DNA from: Centroscyllium fabricii
Taxonomy: Eukaryota
Reading direction: 5' to 3'
Length of the DNA stretch: 64,000 nucleotides
Assembly: GCA_051313645.2 (NCBI GenBank)
Contig: JBNRSN020000011.1
Location: 125,860,001 to 125,924,000 of the forward strand
Shown here: positions 37,031 through 50,966 of the stretch, in pieces
Numbering within the stretch: position 1 is the stretch's first letter
Layout of the letters: the number at the start of each line of letters is the position of its first letter
The notes under the pieces: model-generated
Told to the model about the DNA's origin: nothing
Database searches by the model: none
Seen by the model: only the letters and a program-made list of their open reading frames with translations
Translations under genes and position numbers: made by a program

Positions 37031-38440
37031 ACCTATCAGTCTTACATCTGTAGTGGGGAAAGTAATGGAAAGTAATGGAAAAAATTCTGAGGGATAAAAT
37101 CAGTTCGCATTTGGACAACCAAGGTCTAATAAGAGACAGTCAGCATGGCTTCGTCAAAGGTAAGTCGTGCCTGACTAATCTGTTGGAATTCTTTGAGGAA
37201 GTAACAAAGAGGGTGGATGAAGGGAGTACTGTGGACGTAGTGTATATGGACTTTAGCAAAGCTTTTGATAAAGTCCCACATAGGAGACTAATAACAAAGG
37301 TTAGAGCGCACGGGATACAGGGTAACTTGGCACAGTGGATCGAAAATTGGCTGGGGGATAGGAGACAAAGGGTAATGGTAGAGGGCTGCTTCTGTGACTG
37401 GAAACCAGTAACCAGTGGCGTCCCCCAAGGATCGGTTTTGGGACCCTTACTGTTTCTAGTATACATCAACGATTTGGATATGGGAGTAGGGGGTACGATC
37501 AGCAAATTCGCTGATGATACGAAAATCGGAAGGGTGGTAAACAACGATGAGGATAGTAAGGGGCTTCAGGAGGATATAGATATAATGGTTAATTGGGCAG
37601 AAAAATGGCAAATGGAGTTCAACCCAGAGAAATGCGAGGTCATTCAATTCGGTAGACCAAATGGGGTAAGGGAATATACCATGAACAACAAAACGTTAAA
37701 TAGGACCGAGGAGCAGAGGGACCTGGGGGTACAGGTGCACAGCTCCCTGAAGGTTGCTGGACACGTTAACAAGGTGGTTAAGAAGGCATACGGAATTCTC
37801 GCCTTTATTAACCAGGGCATAGTATACAAAAGTAGGGAGGTAATGTTAAACCTGTATAACACACTGGTGAGACCTCAGCTGGAGTACTGTGTGCAGTTCT
37901 GGTCACCGCACTACAGGAAGGATGTGGCTGCCCTGGAGAGGGTGCAGAGAAGGTTTACCAGGATGATACCTGGTCTGGCGGACCTATGCTACGAGGAAAG
38001 GCTGGACAGGCTGGGGTTGTTTGCCTTGGAGAAAAGAAGGTGGAGGGGTGACATGATTGAGGTGTACAAGATCATGAGGGGACACGATAGGGTAGACAAA
38101 GGGGCATTGTTTCCCCTGGTGGGAGAGTCAAGCACTAGGGGACATAGATTCAAGATCAGGGGGGGGAGGTTTAGGGGGGAGGTAAGGAGAAATTTCTTTA
38201 CCCAGAGGGTGGTGGAAGACTGGAACTCCCTGCCTGTGAGGGTGGTGGAGGCAGGAACCATCACAACATTTAAAAAATACTTGGACCAGCACATGAAGGA
38301 CCATAACATACAGGGTTATGGGCCAGGTGCGGGCAACTGGGGTTAGAACAGTGAGGAGTTTTTCTGGGCCGGTGCGGACTGGATGGGCCGAATGGCCCTT
38401 ATCCGCACTGTAAAATTTCTATGATTCTATGATTCTATGA
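37031..38440 (+). mobile_element. 5'-truncated CR1 LINE with an uninterrupted 423-aa RT C-terminal frame (37075-38346)
   Basis: QHGFVKGKSCLTNL, YMDFSKAFDKV, GVPQGSVLGP, KFADD motifs; (TTCTATGA)x3 tail. Confidence 0.95.
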
Positions 38441-40348
38441 TCATATAGTGTATGGAACACCTATAGTGCATGATTTCCTGTCCATAGCAGATTCTAAGTT
38501 ACTAACATTCTTTATTTTTTCTCTAATTCAGAATTTGTTAAACCAGCAAGTGAAATTCACATTTTAAGATAAAAGCTTAAAATCTACAGAATGCTTTATA
38601 CAATTTTAACCAGAATAGAATGGCAAGTAAGTAGTATTTACTAAAGATTAATATTGTAAATTGGCTTGCTACTTGTATTGAACATTGAGTCAGATTTCAT
38701 GGAAATGGATTTCAGGAAAGGACTGGAGTGATTTGGCCTGAACTCAGAATTGCCAAGTTACTTCAAACTGGCTTCAGAGTGCCTCCATTACTTCTTTTGT
38801 TTGTTCCTTAAGTCCTGACAAGAGAGCATTCAGAAGAGAGAGTGGAGAGATATCTGGTGAGTTGGCACAGGGACATGAGCCAGAAGCACAAGACTCAGAC
38901 AACATTAAAATACGGATAGTTAGTTCTTTTTCAGACTGAGCCCTGTCTGGCCGTCTAGCTTCTGTAATATTTCTCCTGCCTGGCAGCAAGATCAGTGACT
39001 TTCTTCCTCAAAGTATTCTGTAGGATACTCAATGTAAAAAAATTAAAAATTGAATTTTGTGGAAGGAATTGGAAATGTTACACAACTTTTTGTAAGGATT
39101 TTTCAAATTAAATTTTATAGCTTTGGTGGGCTATTTCTGGAATAATGGAAAATGCTGTAAGCAAGTTTTATATAAAGGCAAGGCTGAATGTGAAATGACA
39201 CATTGTTAATTAGTAATTGCATTTCAGTTTTGATTTCAGCATTTGACATAGTGACAAACTTGTATTGTTGAACAATAATGCATTCACTATGGTTGTGTCG
39301 CATTGCAATTTTTTCTCTTTAATAAAAACATCTTTTATAACTGCTTGATTAAAGACAAGAAAATCATTACTGAAATTCTTCATCTAAACTGCTTTTATTG
39401 AACATCTTTCTGAAAAACGTACAGAAAAGTTATATTACTATACATTTTTTTAAAAACTGCATACCTCAATAATGCAATGCCATTTCTTTCTTGAATTCTT
39501 TTCTTTGGAATAACCTTGAAAAAAGTTTTTTTAAAGACATAATCAGCGAAAACAGCCTGCCTATTCAAAGAGAATGCCAGTATCCAGAGGGTTAATTCTT
39601 TACTGAAGAAGGGTTTCTTCATTTTAGTATTCTGAATCATTCTTTTGCGTTTGATGGCACCAGACTTAAGTTTTACAATTCAGCTGTTTTTTTAACATGA
39701 TGGACTGAAAGTGGGTGTAGATTATAGCTCTCACAGTTCTGCTGGCTATCAGGCAGTCAGTAATGGAGGCCTAGCCACTGGCATGATGTGAAACTAATGG
39801 TCATAATTGCCCTCAGTGTTTGACAGGGCCGCTATCACAGCTCTTGAAAACTCTATGTTTAAAGCAAGATTTACAGTAAATTACACCATAATGGTGAAAC
39901 GAGCAGTGTATCCGCACACACATACAAACAGTCTTCCTGCTTCACTCTAATCATATCTTTCCACTGCGGAGTCTGGCTATATACCTAAGTGATACGCAGG
40001 TATAATGTTTGACAGTTATTAGATTGTTAATTGCTGGAGTGCATTTACACCTCTCGCAGTGCTAGAAAGGTAGCTGATCACTAGAACATGTAATAGAATT
40101 GGAGTCCTAGAGTTAAGAAAATAAAGTTATGCTACCACGTGAATGTAACCTTCTTTGAATATCAGCTAAAGGAAGTACCAAGTGCCTGGAAGATGATTGA
40201 TAATAAATAAGGTTGTGAAGCAAATAGGCAACTATGGACCCATTAGTCTTACTTCCACTCCATGTAAAATACTGCATTCAAAGATCAGGAGTACATTTGA
40301 GGACTAGCTGTACAACAACAACTTAGTTAACAGCAGTCAACATGGATC

Positions 40349-41360
40349 CAACAACAACAACTTGTATTTATATAGCACCTTTAACAAATAAAACATCCCA
40401 AGGTGCTTCGCAGGTGTGTCATAAAACAACATTTGACACCAAGCCACATGAGATATTAGGGCACGTGACCAAAAGCTTGATCAAAGAGGTAGGTTTTAAG
40501 GAGTGTCTTAAAGGAGGAGAGAGGGGTAGAGAGGCGGAGAGAATTAGGGAGGGAATTCCAGAGCTTAGGGCCTCGGCAGCTGAAAGCACGGCTGCCAATG
40601 GTGGAGCGATTAAAATCGGTGATGCACAAGAGACCAGAATTAGTGGAGCGCAAATGTCTTGGAGGGTTGTGGTGCTGGAGGAGATTACAGAAATAGGGAG
40701 GGTTGAGGCCATGGTTGGATTTGAAAACAAGGATGAGAATTTTAAAATCAAGGTGTTGTTTAACCGGGAGCCAGTGGAGGTAAGCAAACACGGGTGACCA
40801 CGCTCGATCAGCTCCGATGGACGGGTCACATCATCCACTTGCCTGATATGAGACTCCCAAAAAAATCACTCTACTCGGAGCTCCGACACGGCAAGAGAGC
40901 CCCAGGTGGGCAGAAGAAATGCTTCAAGGACACCCTCAAAGCCTCATTGAAAAAGTGCAACATCCCCACTGACACCTGGGAATCCCTGGCCTAAGACCAC
41001 ACAAAGTGGAGGAGAAGCATCCGGGAAGGCGCCGAACACCTCGAGTCTCTTCGCCGGGAGCAAGCGGAAACCAAACGCAAACAACGAAAGGAGCGCACGT
41101 CAACCCAAACACCCCACCCCTACAACCTCCGCCTGCCCCACCTGTGACAGAGACTGTAGGTCCCGCATTGGAATCATCAGTCACCTGAGAACACATTTTT
41201 AATGTGGAAGCAAGTCATCCTCGGTTCCAAGGGACTGCCTAAGAAGAAGAAGATGGGTGAACTGGATTTGGTACGAGTTAGGACAGGGGCAGCAGAGTTT
41301 TGAATGGCCTCGAGTTTATAGAAAGTAGAACATGGTGTGCATTGGAATAATCAAGTCAAA
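40349..41360 (-). mobile_element. L2 LINE 3' end
   Basis: LHWLPVKQHLDFKILILVFK...RAFSCRGPKLWNSLP...FKTLLKTYLF; (TTG)n tail. Confidence 0.88.
40798..41253 (+). mobile_element. RTE-clade LINE 3' fragment nested in L2
   Basis: QLRWTGHI..LPDMRLPK..LYSEL..GKR..GGQKK.FKDTLK; C-terminal CPTC..SHLRTH zinc finger; (GAA)n tail. Confidence 0.85.
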
Positions 41361-42011
41361 TCCAGGGGGGTGATCCATCCTGTCTAACCTCCTCAACTTC
41401 TTTGAGGAAGTGACAACTGAAGTGATTGTTGTAAGCGCTATGACATGGTATACCTTGACTTCCAAAAGTTTTTGATTAATTAATAGCCTTTTGTGTGGAA
41501 CTTTATGTCAAAATCGTGGAGATTTACGGTAAACTCTGAGAATGGATAAGAAACTTGCTGAAGTAGAGGAAACAGCAAGTACTCCTTAAAAGAGTTGTGT
41601 CAGAGTGGGAGGAAATACTAAGTGAGGTGCCTCAGGGCTCAGTGGTGGGACAACTAACATTTCTAATTTACAGAAGTGACATGAATTCAGAAACTCAATG
41701 CAAAGTAGCCACATGTGTTGATGATGCCCAACCCGGTAGTGGAATCAAGAGGCAATTCAAAAATTACACAATGAGTTGGACAGGGCAAAGCAATGGCAAA
41801 ATAAATTTATTACAGACAACTGTAAAGTGCTACTCATAGGAAGGAGAAATACAGAACACACATACTCCATGGTGTTGAAACAGCTACAGATGACGCTAAA
41901 CAAGCCAACAATGCAGAGCAGCAATCGACAAAGCTAATACCTGTAGGATGTTGAATTACACAAACTCAAAACAGGAGAATATACCAGAGGAGGTAGTGAT
42001 CAAACTTTATA

Positions 42012-42785
42012 GGGGGATAAATTCGGTCGCGCACATTTTCTGGCGGTATCCTCGGCGGTGAGCTACTTTTAGCGCCTGCCTACTGCTGGCGCCGTTACCG
42101 CTGATATTCGGTTGTAGCACCCATAGTAGGAGGTCGGGTGCTACAGCAGGCGCCCGACCTCGTTCTTTAGGCGCTACAACTGAAGTTCCGGGCACTGTGG
42201 CATGAAGGGCCACGCAGCACAGAGTGCTGTGCCGCGGTACTGCGGGCCTTCCTCCCCGATTAAAGGGGAGGGGCCTAGCGCGATTTTGGCCGGAGCCCCG
42301 CAGGGCCGTCGTGTGACGCCGAAGGAGCCCGGCAGGCGAGGGAAGTGCCCGACTCAGTGAGCAGAGGCATCACCGTTGGGGGCGGGGGGGGGGGGGAGGC
42401 AGCGGGGGAGGCCAGGGGCAGCAGAGGGGGAAGGTGCTGGCAGTTGGCCAGCAACAAAAATGGCCACCCGGCACCCTCCCCTTTAAGCAGCGCTCCCCTG
42501 CTGCAGTTACGACAGGATGAAGCTATCACAGGCAGCGCCCGCTGGAAACTCCGTGGGCGTGACTCAATTTCAATCACTGGCGCGAGAGTGGCGCTGCACG
42601 CTCTTATGACATCATCCCGGCGGCGAACAGTGTCTAATATTCAGTGGGGCGCTACCGGCTACCGCCCACGTCAGTGCCCCACTGAATATCGTGGGAGGCA
42701 CCAGCCCAGGCGCTAAGTGCCTTGCGCCCCATTAGCGCCCTCTTAGGGTGCTAACGGCAGGCGCAAGCTACCGAATTTCTAGCCC
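42012..42785. mobile_element. GC-rich PIF/Harbinger-type MITE, family C
   Basis: TIRs GGGGGATAAATTCGGT / ACCGAATTTCTAGCCC; ATA TSD; interrupts the CR1 remnant. Confidence 0.8.
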
Positions 42786-43234
42786 ATAGTGTTTTAGTCA
42801 GACTCCACCTTTATTACTGCATCAGTTCTGTTCACCAAGAAACAAGAGAGACAAGAAATCACTGGCAGCAGTGCAGAGAAGTGCCATGAGACTGATCACA
42901 AGTGTCAGGTGTCTGAGTTATGAAGAGAGACTTGGAGAAATGGAGGCTTTTCAGTCTGAAAAGGATGTGTTTGAGAGGCCATCTTAAAAAGGTAGAAAAG
43001 ATTGTTAAGAACAAAGATAAAGATAACCTAGAATATTACTTTACATTAAACTGCAGGTATCGTACCGGAGGACACAGATTCAAACTATTAAACAGTAATT
43101 TTAGGACTAATACTGAAATCATTCTTCACACAAAACGTGATCAATATGTGGACTTCTAGATAGAGCAGCGGAGGCAAAAATCCTGGAATCATTTGGATGC
43201 TATAATGGGGCAACATTAGGCTCTCTGGATGAAA

Positions 43235-44475
43235 GGAAAGAAAGACTTGCATTTATATAGCACCTTTCATGACCACCGGACGTCTCAAAGCGCTTTACAA
43301 CCAATGAAGTACTTTTGAAGTGCAGTCATTGGGAGGAGTTTTTCCGGAAGGGCGGGAACCTGGCGGTGATTGGTCTGGGCGGCTTCCGGTCCTGCCCGCC
43401 CACGCAATTTTAGGTTAATGAGGCTGTTAAATCACCGTGGGCGGGAGCGGGAGGTAATTAGGTGAATCGAGTTGGGCCGCAGCAGAGCTGCGAGCACTTT
43501 GATTGACAGTTCCAGCACTGGTTGTTGTCAGTTCCCATGGCAACACTTCACTGTGACATCACAGTGGAGTGGAGCCAATGGGAAAGGCCAAGTGCTGGTG
43601 ACTGACAGGTGGGCGGGTGGGCTCCGAATCGCTCACAGCTCGCAACAGCTGTGAGGACATGGCGAGAACTGAGATTGCTCAGTTTCTGGTCTCAGCTGAT
43701 ACTGAAGGCAGAACGGAGTTACTATCTCCTCTAAGGTGCTGGAGGCATGCCAAGCATTTGGCAGCATGTCCTTCACACCTTAAAGGAGAAAGTAATAAAT
43801 TCAGGAACTCCCACAACACCAGGTTATAGTCCAGAAGTTATAACCAGCGCTGTGCTCCCAGCGGGGTTTAAGGTGGCGGGGTTAGGGCAGAAAACAGGGC
43901 AAAATGGCTGAGGGCCCTTAAAATGGCATTAAAGATGCCAATTAAGGGCCCTTAACGAGGTGACAAGCCATCCCCGCCGGCGGCGGGAAGGTTTCGGGGC
44001 GGGGAATCTGGGGGCGGGAAAATGAGAAAGCGGCGGGGATACAGCGGGGAGGGGCGGGACCCGCCGGTTCTGCTATTTTGCCGGCCGGGCCGCCCAAAAA
44101 CCCACCTCACGGGGACATGAAAATACCCCCCATTGTTGTAATGTGGAAAACACAGCAGCTAATTTGCACACAGCAAACTCCCACAAACAGCAATGTGATA
44201 ATGACCAGATCATTTGTTTTTGATACGTTGATTGAGGGATAAATATTGGCCAGGACACCGGGGTAACTCCCCGGCTCGTCTTCGAAATAGTGCTATGGGA
44301 TCTTTTACGTCCACCTGAGAGAGCAGACAGGGCCTTGAAAGACGGCACCTCCGACAGTGCAGCATTCCCTCAGCACTGCACTGGAGTATCAGCCGAGCTT
44401 TTTTATGTGCTCAAGTCCCTGGAGTGGGACTTAAACCCACAACCTTCTGATTCAGAGGCAAGTGTGCTACCCACT
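43235..44475 (-). mobile_element. DeuSINE (SacSINE1-like), split by a MITE
   Basis: tRNA-like head at 44475, Deu-domain-like AAAGATCCCATAGCACTATTTCGAAG..GGTGTCCTGGCCAATATT, and L2-type tail. Another degenerate head lies at ~63830-64000 (+). Confidence 0.75.
43331..44131. mobile_element. PIF/Harbinger-type MITE, family A copy 3 (opposite orientation to copy 1)
   Basis: ATT TSD; GGGAGGAGTTTTTC / GAAAATACCCCCC termini. Confidence 0.82.
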
Positions 44476-46220
44476 TTTTTAAATATATATATTATTTATC
44501 GAACATTAAAAACATTTACAATATTGTGATCATTACATTGTATCATACAAATCCATTCCGCCACTCTGCACAGCCATTCCTCCACCACATATTAACATCA
44601 AAACCTGAAGTTTAATTTGTCTCCCATAACATATACTAATCTATTGTACTTTAAAATTGATCAGTAATCATGGCTCCGAATAAGGGAAGTGTGCCTGATA
44701 ATCCCCCCCATCATTTAATCTCCGGCCCTTCCCTCCTCTCATGCTCCTTCCCAACTTTTCAGGCAGCTGTTGCTTTCTCCTGCAGCCTCCGGCTCTTTTT
44801 CATGTCCTGTTTGAACCTTCCCTACAGTTTCAGCCTCTTCCTTACATTAGGTTTGGGCTGAGGAGTTGTCCCTTCTCCCTCTTTCTGCCCCTCACTAACC
44901 TTTCCCTTTCCACACTATGCCACCCCACCCCCCACTTCCATGTCTCTGTCCCCCTCTGACTCCTCACTCTCGAGCGCTTCTGTAACCTCACGTCCCTGCT
45001 CCCCGTCAGATACATGGGCCAAACTTTTCCCGAAAGTGCGGAGAATTGTCAGGTTTTGGGTGGGTCAGGTTTCTGACCCGAATGTTAAAGTGCCAGGGAG
45101 CCCTACGCAATTTTGGCTTAAGTGGCCAATTATTTCCCCGCGTGTGGGAAGCCTTTCAACTTGACCAGTTCCAGTCAGAAAGTCGCACAACGTGACGTCA
45201 TCGTTGCTGGTGCATTTCAGGTCCACAGTAAGCCTTGCTTCTACTGCGGACTGCCAACCTTATGCCCTTTCATGCCAGAGGAACCTGGAGGCCGAATCAC
45301 CATTGAGAGACCTAGGTCTGCTTCCAGGTTTGATGATGTGGCCCTGCAAGCTTCATTTCAGGGAGCAGGAGCTCATAAAGAGGTGCTCTTCCCTTCTTCA
45401 GGGAGGAAGAAGTCTCCCCAGCAGGCTGTGTGGATCCAGGTGGCAGAGGAGGGCAACTCATTATCAGTACCCCGCAGAACCTGCATTCAGTGCAGGAAGA
45501 GATTTCATGACCTGCACACTGGAAAAGTGAGGATGGAATTCTCATCACCCTCAATCTGATCCCCAATGCCTTTCCTCACCAGCAATCAGCTTCAGCAATC
45601 TCTTCCTCCACATCCCACTTGACACTCACATCCATGCACCCTTACCCATTCCCTCTCTCTCTATGCTCACATTCGCATAACTATTCCATCATGCAGCCCT
45701 CACACTCCCTATCACACTGATGCTTAGAACACAACTGACAACACATATGGAGTGCCCTTGGTCTTGCTACCTCACTCCATCTATGTCTCCTTCTAAGTAT
45801 CCAGACAGGGACAACAGTGGAGAGTCCTAGTCTGAGGGCGCAGGACTCTGCCAGCTCGGCTCAGCTGCATGTCGACTCTCTGCCTCTGGGTCCATCCATT
45901 ACATCGGCGGTGCTGGAACTCCAGGAACAGATGCAGGCGTGAGTGGGTGAGCAGCAGCCTGACGCTCCTGCTGCTGCTGCTGTTGTTCCTGGTACTGCTG
46001 GTGCCGCGGCTAGTGTGGGAGCTCATCTAATGCCCAGAAAGGCATAACCTAAATGGCTTCCATGCTTCTGGCATATGCTTCCGCTGAGGAAGTGCTGAGT
46101 GACGGTGCTGAGAGGGGTTTTCCAGGAGTTCACACTTGAAATGTGTGTGAGGCTCCAACCTACCACAAGTGTGATTGGGACTTTTAAATGTTGCCCCAAG
46201 CCAGGAAAAATAGGTCCTGC

Positions 46221-49200
46221 TGTAATGATATCAGCAAACAGTGATTGTATTTGCCTGTTTGATTATCTATGCCTTACCAGCAAAGGGCATGTGACAAGAA
46301 GCAAGTTAGTTTAGTTGCAGTATAGGATTGATCTCCAAGATGGAGTCTCCCAGTAAAAGCCTCATGTAAATCAGTAAGCTACTTGAACATACGTTAGATT
46401 TAAAAATATTCTCCTTCACCAATGTGTTGTCGTTGAACCCACATAGAAAACAGTACATGGTGTCAGAAGTGATTGAAGGAGATGAACAGGAAAAATCTGA
46501 AGTTAGCAACTAGTCGTGGCAAGTAAGCTACCCAGCGAAATCAGCTCTCCACATATTAGCAAGCCAAAAGAGAACATCATTACTTACCTTTGGAGAATAG
46601 CTAACGAAGTAAAAAATGGAAGGGTTACACCCACCGGTGAAATGTCAGTTGACAGGTAATGTGGCAGAAAATTGGAACAGGTTCAAACAACATTTTGGGT
46701 TGTATTTAGCGGCAGTCAGAGCTGACGAGAAAAGTGATAAAATGAAAGCATCAGTGTTCTTGCATGTTGTGGGTGATGAAGCGCTGGAGGTGTATAATAA
46801 CCTCACATTTGCTGCTGATGGAGACAAAATGAAGCTGGATAAAATAATGGAACAATTTGAGGCATACTGCATACCTAAATGTAACGTGATGTTTGAGAGG
46901 CACAGATTTTTCACATGTGCACAGAAAATGGGAGAAACTATTGATCAGTATGTGACTGAACTGAGAAACAGAAGCAAAACATGTGAATTTGGTGGACTGA
47001 CAGACTCGCTGATAAAAGACAGACTTGTGTGTGGTATTCTAGATAATAGTCTGAGGGACAGACTGCTAAGAGAGCAAAATCTAGACCTGGGAAAAGCCAT
47101 AGCACTCTGTAGGGCTACAGAGACTGTGAAGTCGCAGGCAAAGGAGCTGTTCAGTGACAGTAGCTGCAACGTGGACGCAGTGAGAAAGAACGGACACAAA
47201 CCGTTAACAAAAAGAGTGCCAATGTGAAAAAAGAGGCGTGGCCAGCGAACAAAAATGGAAGGGGCAATCGAAAGCCATGTAGTCGATGTGGTACACAACA
47301 CCTACCAAAAAATTATCCAGCATATGGTAAAACATGCAATATTTGCAACAAAAACAACCAGTATGCCCGTTGCTGTAAGAACCAAGTGCAACAAAGCAAG
47401 ATCCATGCAGTAGATGAAAGGGAGATAGAGGAGTTCTATGTGGATGTTGTGTATGAAAACAAAAAGAAAAAAGAGACTGGATGTTGACATTAAAAGTGAA
47501 AGACATACACATTTCATTTAAATTGGATACTGGAGCACAAGTTAATGTGATATCAGAGACTGATTTTAAGAAAATTATACCCAAACCAAAGATACATGGA
47601 ACAAAAGTGAAAGTGACAGGATACTCAGGGACTGATATACCAGTGCAAGGAAAATGCATTGTCAAAGTGACACACAAGGACAGAGAGCACATGCTAGCAT
47701 TCATCATGGTGCCAAAGCATGTGCAGGCCATACTAGGCTTAATAGCCTGTGAGAGACTGAACCTGGTAAAGAGAGTCCTCATTGTGGAAAGCAGAGGAGA
47801 GACAGTCTATGATGAACTCATGAAAGAGTACAACGACCTATTTCAGGGTCTAGGCTGCCTTCCAGGAGAACACACGATCAGAGTGGATAAAAGTGTGCCA
47901 CCGATAATACATCCATGCAGAAAAGTTCCGTTTGCTCTTTAAAAGCAGCTGAAGGCAGAGTTGGACAGGATGGAAAGCCTGAACGTGATTCAGAAGATAG
48001 ATGAGCCAACTGAGTGGGTGAGTTCCCTCGTCGTTGTGGACAAAAAGAATGGAAAGCTCAGAATTTGCCTGGATCCAAGAGATCTAAACAGAGCAATAAA
48101 GAGAGAGCACTTCAAGCTTCCGACGCATGAGGAAATCATGTCACAGTTTGCAAATGCAAAGTATTTCAGCAAGTTAGATGCATCATCAGGAATTTGGCAG
48201 TTGAAACTGGACGAAGCAAGTTCAAGACTGTGCACGTTCAATAGTCCATTTGGCAGATACAGATTCCTAAGGTTACCATTTAGCATTGCCTCAGCTCCTG
48301 AAGTGTATCACAAAACTATCCATATGGTCTATGAGCACCTGGAGGGAGTTGATACCTCAGTGGCTGACATCATAGTATGGGGAACCACGAGAACTGAGCA
48401 TGATGAGAGACTGAAAAAGTGCTGGAAGCAACAAGGAAAACAAACCTGAAGCTGAATAGAGGGAAATGCTAGCTCGGGATGACGGAACTGAGATTTGGGG
48501 GAGATATCCTCAACAGTGAAGGCATCAGACCAGATCCCAGAAAGGTGTCTGCCATTGAGAATATGCCAAGGCCACAATGCAAAAGGGATGTGCAGAGGTT
48601 TAATGGAATGATCAACTACACGGGTAAATTCATATCCAACCTCTCAGAAAAGATGGCGCCACTGAGAAGACTAACTGAAAAGAACATAGAATGGGAGTGG
48701 AATCATGAGCATGAGAAGTCATGGAGCGAACTAAAGAAATTGCTCACAGAGGAACCAGTTCTGAGGTTTTATGACCCAGCAAGACCCATCAAGATATCAT
48801 CAGACGCATCACAGAGTGGGCTCGGTGCCGTTCTTCTGCAAAAATATGATGACTGGCAACCTATTGCATATGCATCGCGCTCAATGACAGTCGTGGAGAG
48901 GCGATATGCTCAAATAGAAAAGGAGCTGCTCAGCATCACATACGCCTGTGAAAGATTTCATCAGTTTGTGTCCGGACAAGCAATCAGTGTAGAGACTGAC
49001 CATAAGCCCTTGATTGCATTGTTCCAAAAGCCACTAAATGTCTGTCCGCTTAGAATACAAAGAATGATGATCAGGCTGCAACGCTGTACACTGAATGTTG
49101 CGCACACTCCGGGTAAGCTGATGTACACAGCAGACACGTTGTCTAGAGCTGTTGACCCAAGATAGCCCACAAACACCAAAATGAATGAAGACATGAACGC

Positions 49201-50966
49201 CTACATGGACATGATCACAAGTGCACTGCCCATAGCAGATGCAAAAATGGAGCTCATAAAGACTGAGACAAACAAAGATGCAACACTGAAATGACTGAGG
49301 AAAACCATCTTGGATGGATGGCCCAACATGAAGCAAGACTGCTCACCTGACATTGCAGAGTACTGGAACTGCTGGAACTGCAGGGCGGATCTATCAGTGG
49401 TCGAAGACATCATCTACAAAGGAAGTAAAATAGTTATCCCAAAGAGTCTGAGAAAAGAGATGCTAAAAAGGATCTATGGAGGACATCTGGGAATCAAAAA
49501 GTGTAAGAAAAGGGCACGAAAGGTGATGTACTGGCCACGAATCAACCATGATGTGACAAATGAGTTGTCAAACTGCACAATATGCCGGAAGTATCAAGCA
49601 AGCAATCCTGCAGAACCACTAAAGCCACACCCAGCCAGACCGACCTTACCAGAAGGTAGGTGCTGACCTATTCGTATGTCAAGGGAAGGACTATCTTGTA
49701 GTCACAGACTATTATTCCCTGTATCCAGAGGTTTGTAGACTCTACACCACCACTGCAGATGCTGTGATAACACATATGAAAGCCATATTCTCCAGACATG
49801 GCGTGGCAAGCGAGGTCTTCACAGACAATGGACCCCAGTTATGCAATTCAAGTTTCCAACACTTTGCCAAAGAGTGGGACTTTGTCCACACAACGTCAAG
49901 TTCTCATTTTCCACAGTCCAATGGGCGAGTGGAAAAATCGGTCCAGACAGTGAAAAGACTGATGTACAAGGCAAAAGACAGTGGAACTGACTTCTACCAG
50001 AGCATGCTAGTATACCGCACAACGCCGCTCGAGTGTGATATGTCACCAGCCCAACTCCTTATTGGATGTATGCTAAAATCAAACCTACCCATCCCGGAGA
50101 ACCTCCTGAAAACAAAAGAGGGGGAGAAAGTGAGGAAGTTCAAAGAACAACAGAAAGATAAGCAAAAGTTCTACTTTGACAGAGGAACACAAAACCTACC
50201 TGAACTCCACACTGGTGACCAAGTAAAGCTCAAAGACAAAACAAACATATGGACTCAGAAGGGAACTGTCCTTAGTGAAGTTCAACCAAGATCATACACC
50301 ATTCAGACAGATGAAGGTGCTGTTCTTTGAAGAAATTGTCAGGATCTTCTCATGGGACCAACCACAGCAGGACGAAAGACTGATACTGTTGAACAACCTG
50401 ATTACACAGCTGAGAACCCATCATCTGAGGCAACAACTCCGATTCAAGGACAATCAATCAGAAGATCCTCAAGACACATGAAGCCTCCTGAGAGGCTCAT
50501 AGAGCAATTTTAAGGACTCTTGTTATAGAATGAAGTAGTGTTATCTTATTCGCTCTTCAAGTTCTAGTGTATTTACATATTTCATGTGAACACACAAAAC
50601 AAGGTTAAAAAAACCTTAATAATGATAATAATGTAAGTTCATTAAGTGTTACAATTAAAATTGCAGAGTAATACAAACAAAACATGTTGTTAGTTAAAAG
50701 TAAGATACTTTTGCTTTAAGAAAGGGAGATGTAATGATATCAGCAAATAATGATCATATTTGCCTGTTTGATTATCTATGCCTTACCAGCAGAGGACATG
50801 TGACAAGAAGCAAGTTAGTTTAGTTGCAGTATAGGATTGATCTCCAAGATGGAGTCTCCCTGTAAAAGCCTCATGTAAATCAGTAAGCTACTTGAACATA
50901 CGTTAGATTAAAAAACATTCTCCTTCATCAATGTGTCGTCGTTGAACCCACATAGAAAATAATACA
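46221..50966 (+). mobile_element. Full-length decayed Ty3/Gypsy LTR retrotransposon, Mag-like
   Basis: 237-bp TG..CA LTRs (46221-46457, 50730-50966); 5-bp TSD CCTGC; PBS TGGTGTCAGAAGTG (tRNA-Leu type); PPT AAGAAAGGGAGA. Confidence 0.95.
46616..50512 (+). pseudogene. Disrupted gag-pol of the Mag-like element
   Basis: Gag with degenerate tandem Cys knuckles, PR LDTGA, RT KLDASSG, RNase H DASQSGLGAVL, IN TDNGPQ/SNGRVEK; multiple stops and frameshifts. Confidence 0.92.

Larger units (their letters stand above)
40225..43210 (+). mobile_element. Highly decayed CR1 RT remnant hosting L2, RTE and MITE insertions
   Basis: GNYGPISLTS (40228), LSEVPQGSVVG (41620), RTGGHRFKL (43060). Confidence 0.7.
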
